A stretch of DNA of 64,000 bases from Alphaproteobacteria bacterium. Its GTDB lineage: Bacteria; Pseudomonadota; Alphaproteobacteria; SP197. The translations under genes and the position numbers were made by a program. This document shows, piece after piece, positions 61,362-64,000 of the stretch. Each line of letters opens with the position of its first letter. The stretch's first letter is position 1. The DNA lies in assembly GCA_965228895.1 (NCBI GenBank), contig OZ245842.1, forward strand, positions 3,456,001-3,520,000, in the 5' to 3' direction. Below the pieces are notes generated by a model. The model had not been told where the DNA came from. It saw nothing but the letters and a program-made list of their open reading frames with translations, and ran no database searches.

Positions 61362-62372
61362 TTAGTCGTAGCGCAAGTCGGCCGCCTTGCCCCGGAACAT
61401 CGTATAGGCCAGCACGGTGTAGCCGGCGATCATGGGCAGCACGACGAGCGCGCCGATCAGGATGATGAAGAGGCTCTCCGGCGCGCTCGCCGCCGCGTAG
61501 ATCGTCATGCGGTCGGGCACGACATAGGGATAGAACGAGTAGGCAAGCCCAGCGAACGCCAGCGCGAACAGAAACGTCGTCGCGACGAACGGGATCCAGC
61601 TCCACCTGTCTTCGGCATCCGGCAGGTGGCGCAGTGATATCCAGATCACGCCCAGCAGCACGACCGAAACGATCGGCAGCGGCGCCAGGATGAAGATCTC
61701 CGGCACGGCGAACCACTTGTCGAAAATACGCGGACTGACCAGAGGACTTGCCAGCGAGACAGCCGCGATGCCGGCCAGCACGCCCCACTGACCGCGCGTC
61801 GCCCAGCGTATCGCTTTCATCTGCAACGCGCCTTCGGTCTTGATCATCAGCCATGTGGCGCCGATGAAGGCGAAGCCTCCTGTAAGGCACAGCGCCGTCA
61901 GGACCGCGAAGGCCACGTTCGGCCAAGTCCATTCAAGGCCCATGATGTAGAGCCCCAGCATGAAACCCTGGCTTAGCGCCGTCACCAGCGAGCCGGCAAA
62001 GAACACCGCGTTCCACCAGGGTTTGTGACCGCCCGGCGCCTTGGCGCGAAACTCGAAGGCAACGCCGCGCAGGATCAAGCCGAGCAGCATGAGAGCGACC
62101 GGCATGTAAAAGGCGGTCAGGATGACCCCGTGCGCGCCGGGAAAGGCGACCAGCAGCAACCCGACGGCAAGCACGAGCCATGTTTCGTTGGCATCCCAGA
62201 ACGGACCGATCGAGGCGATCATGCGGTCTTTTTCGTCAGGCTCGGCAAAGGGGAACAGGATGCCGACACCCAGGTCGAACCCGTCGAGCACGACATAGAT
62301 CAGGATCGACACACCCATCAGCGAGGCGAAGACGATGGGAAGCCAGATCGTCGGGTCACCGAAGAGCGTCAT
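61362..62372 (-). CDS. cydB: Cytochrome bd ubiquinol oxidase subunit II
   Basis: YVVLDGFDLGVG, PFWDANETWLV, LRGVAFEFR; ATGA overlap with cydA. Confidence 0.93.
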   Translation of the reverse strand: MTLFGDPTIWLPIVFASLMGVSILIYVVLDGFDLGVGILFPFAEPDEKDRMIASIGPFWDANETWLVLAVGLLLVAFPGAHGVILTAFYMPVALMLLGLILRGVAFEFRAKAPGGHKPWWNAVFFAGSLVTALSQGFMLGLYIMGLEWTWPNVAFAVLTALCLTGGFAFIGATWLMIKTEGALQMKAIRWATRGQWGVLAGIAAVSLASPLVSPRIFDKWFAVPEIFILAPLPIVSVVLLGVIWISLRHLPDAEDRWSWIPFVATTFLFALAFAGLAYSFYPYVVPDRMTIYAAASAPESLFIILIGALVVLPMIAGYTVLAYTMFRGKAADLRYD

Positions 62373-63775
62373 GGCCGCACCTCCCCGGGCGTGATCATGG
62401 TGACGGGCGCGACGCCCGAACGCGGTTGTTCTGGCTCGGCGACGGCGCCGGGTGCTGCCGCCTTGCGCGCCAGATAGAAGAGCACGCCGACATAGGCGGT
62501 GATCAGCACCGCGTACGTGATGAGATAGAGGGTCAGGCTGGTGCCGACCATGGCCGCCGGCACATCGCCGACCGCCTGTGCTGTTTTCAGGACGCCGGTC
62601 ACCAGCCAGGGCTGGCGGCCGATCTCGGTGGTGTACCAGCCGGCCAGCGTCGCGAGCCAGCCGGAGAAGGTCATGGCGACCAGCACGCCCAGCATCCAGC
62701 GGCCGACAAGACCGTCGACGCCGGCCCTGCGCCGGTACAGCACCCAGGCCGCCGTCCACGACACGAGCAGCATCAAGACCCCGACGCCGACCATGATGCG
62801 GAACGACCAGAAGACGGGCGCGACCGGCGGATGCAAGACCTCGCCATCGTCGGTCACGAACTCGTTGAGCCCCGGCACCACGCCGTCCCATTCATGGGTC
62901 AAAATCAGCGACGCGCCGCTCGGGATCGCAACCTCATAGAGATTGCTGCGCGTTGCCTCGTCGGGCCAGGCGAACAGCACCAGCGGCACGTGGGAACCGG
63001 TTTCCCAGTTGGCCTCCATGGCGGCGATCTTGGCCGGTTGGTGTTCCAGGGTGTTCAGGCCGTGCATGTCGCCGGCAAAGATCTGAATCGGAATCAACAC
63101 CGCGCCCATGGTGACGCCGGTCTTAAGCGCGGCGATTGCGCCGCTGGAGCGGTCGCCAAACAGCAGGCGGAAGGCCGACAGGCCGGCGATCAGGAAAGAG
63201 ACGGTCAAGCCACTCGCCAGCAGCATGTGGCTCAGGCGATACGGCATCGACGGGTTGAAGACGACCGCCACCCAGTCGGTCGCATGCGCGACGCCATCGC
63301 GCATCTCGAACCCGGTTGGCGTGTGCATCCAGGAGTTCAACACCAGGATCCAGAAGGCGCTCAGCGCCGTGCCGACGGCGACCAACACGGTCGCCAGCGT
63401 ATGCAGCCAGCCGGGCACGCGCGAGAAGCCAAACAGCATGATGCCCAGAAAGACGGCTTCCAAAAAGAAAGCGGTCAGCACCTCATAAGCCAGCAGCGGT
63501 CCGGCGATGTTGCCGACTGTCTCCATGAATCCCGGCCAGTTGGTACCGAACTGGAAGCTCATGGTGATGCCGGAAACCACGCCCATGGCGAACGACAGCG
63601 CGAATACCTTCACCCAGAAACGGTAGGCGTCCATCCATTTCATGTCGCCGGTGGTGTTGAAGCGCAGCTTGAAGAACAGCAGCACCCAGGCCAGCGCGAT
63701 GGTGATGGTCGGGAACAGGATATGAAACGAAATGTTCGCGCCAAACTGAATGCGCGACAGCATCAAGGCGTCCAT
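62369..63775 (-). CDS. cydA: Cytochrome bd oxidase subunit I (short Q-loop, CioA-like)
   Basis: SFHILFP, FQFGTNW, NSWMHTP, QPAKIAAME, EIGRQPW. Confidence 0.95.
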   Translation of the reverse strand: MDALMLSRIQFGANISFHILFPTITIALAWVLLFFKLRFNTTGDMKWMDAYRFWVKVFALSFAMGVVSGITMSFQFGTNWPGFMETVGNIAGPLLAYEVLTAFFLEAVFLGIMLFGFSRVPGWLHTLATVLVAVGTALSAFWILVLNSWMHTPTGFEMRDGVAHATDWVAVVFNPSMPYRLSHMLLASGLTVSFLIAGLSAFRLLFGDRSSGAIAALKTGVTMGAVLIPIQIFAGDMHGLNTLEHQPAKIAAMEANWETGSHVPLVLFAWPDEATRSNLYEVAIPSGASLILTHEWDGVVPGLNEFVTDDGEVLHPPVAPVFWSFRIMVGVGVLMLLVSWTAAWVLYRRRAGVDGLVGRWMLGVLVAMTFSGWLATLAGWYTTEIGRQPWLVTGVLKTAQAVGDVPAAMVGTSLTLYLITYAVLITAYVGVLFYLARKAAAPGAVAEPEQPRSGVAPVTMITPGEVRP

Positions 63776-63777
63776 GG

Positions 63778-64000
63778 TCAGCTCTCTTCCTTCGGTCGTT
63801 GACCAGAGCTTCCCTTACGTTTGCCGCCACGTTTCTTGCGTGCGGTCATTGGCACGACCTTTTCGGTCGTTTCAACAAATCTCAAGACCTTGCTGCCCAG
63901 CGCCAGCAACTGAATCAGGCGCTCGGTCTCGAGCCGGTCCATGTCATCATACCAATTGCTCAACAGCTCGATAAGCTGGCTCAGCTCGGCGATACGGTTG
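63778..64000 (-). CDS. GbsR/MarR-type regulator, C-terminal part (5' end outside the window)
   Basis: ..LSNWYDDMDRLETERLIQLLALGSKV directly upstream of cydA, a known genomic context for GbsR-type regulators. Confidence 0.65.
   Translation of the reverse strand, partial: NRIAELSQLIELLSNWYDDMDRLETERLIQLLALGSKVLRFVETTEKVVPMTARKKRGGKRKGSSGQRPKEES

Overview
GC-rich bacterial DNA, most likely an alphaproteobacterium (inferred from gene content and one alphaproteobacterial-type palindrome). It is densely coding and dominated by catabolic, transport and stress genes: two Cys-type sulfatases, three LysR regulators, aqpZ, a cspA-desaturase pair, ppk2, a cobalamin riboswitch upstream of bluB, dgcN-dgcA divergent from a TAXI-TRAP/USP operon, a HisJQMP-type ABC transporter, three M14 deacylase paralogues and GbsR-cydAB. 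I found no rRNA, tRNA, CRISPR array, integrase or transposase. Two loci stand out. (1) A three-gene cassette (about 52.6-56.5 kb) interrupts the M14 array. It encodes a secreted protein with a PAAG di-alanine motif, 24 GGSN repeats and WGDSD repeats, an ICMT-like membrane methyltransferase, and a LapG/BTLCP-type cysteine protease. It also carries CRP/FNR-type boxes and an anti-Shine-Dalgarno hairpin. (2) Two adjacent genes each encode two fused EctC-like cupin domains with altered substrate-side residues, and no ectAB is present in the window. A DUF3500 gene is interrupted by a single in-frame TAG. All family calls come from motif recognition by eye, not from database searches.
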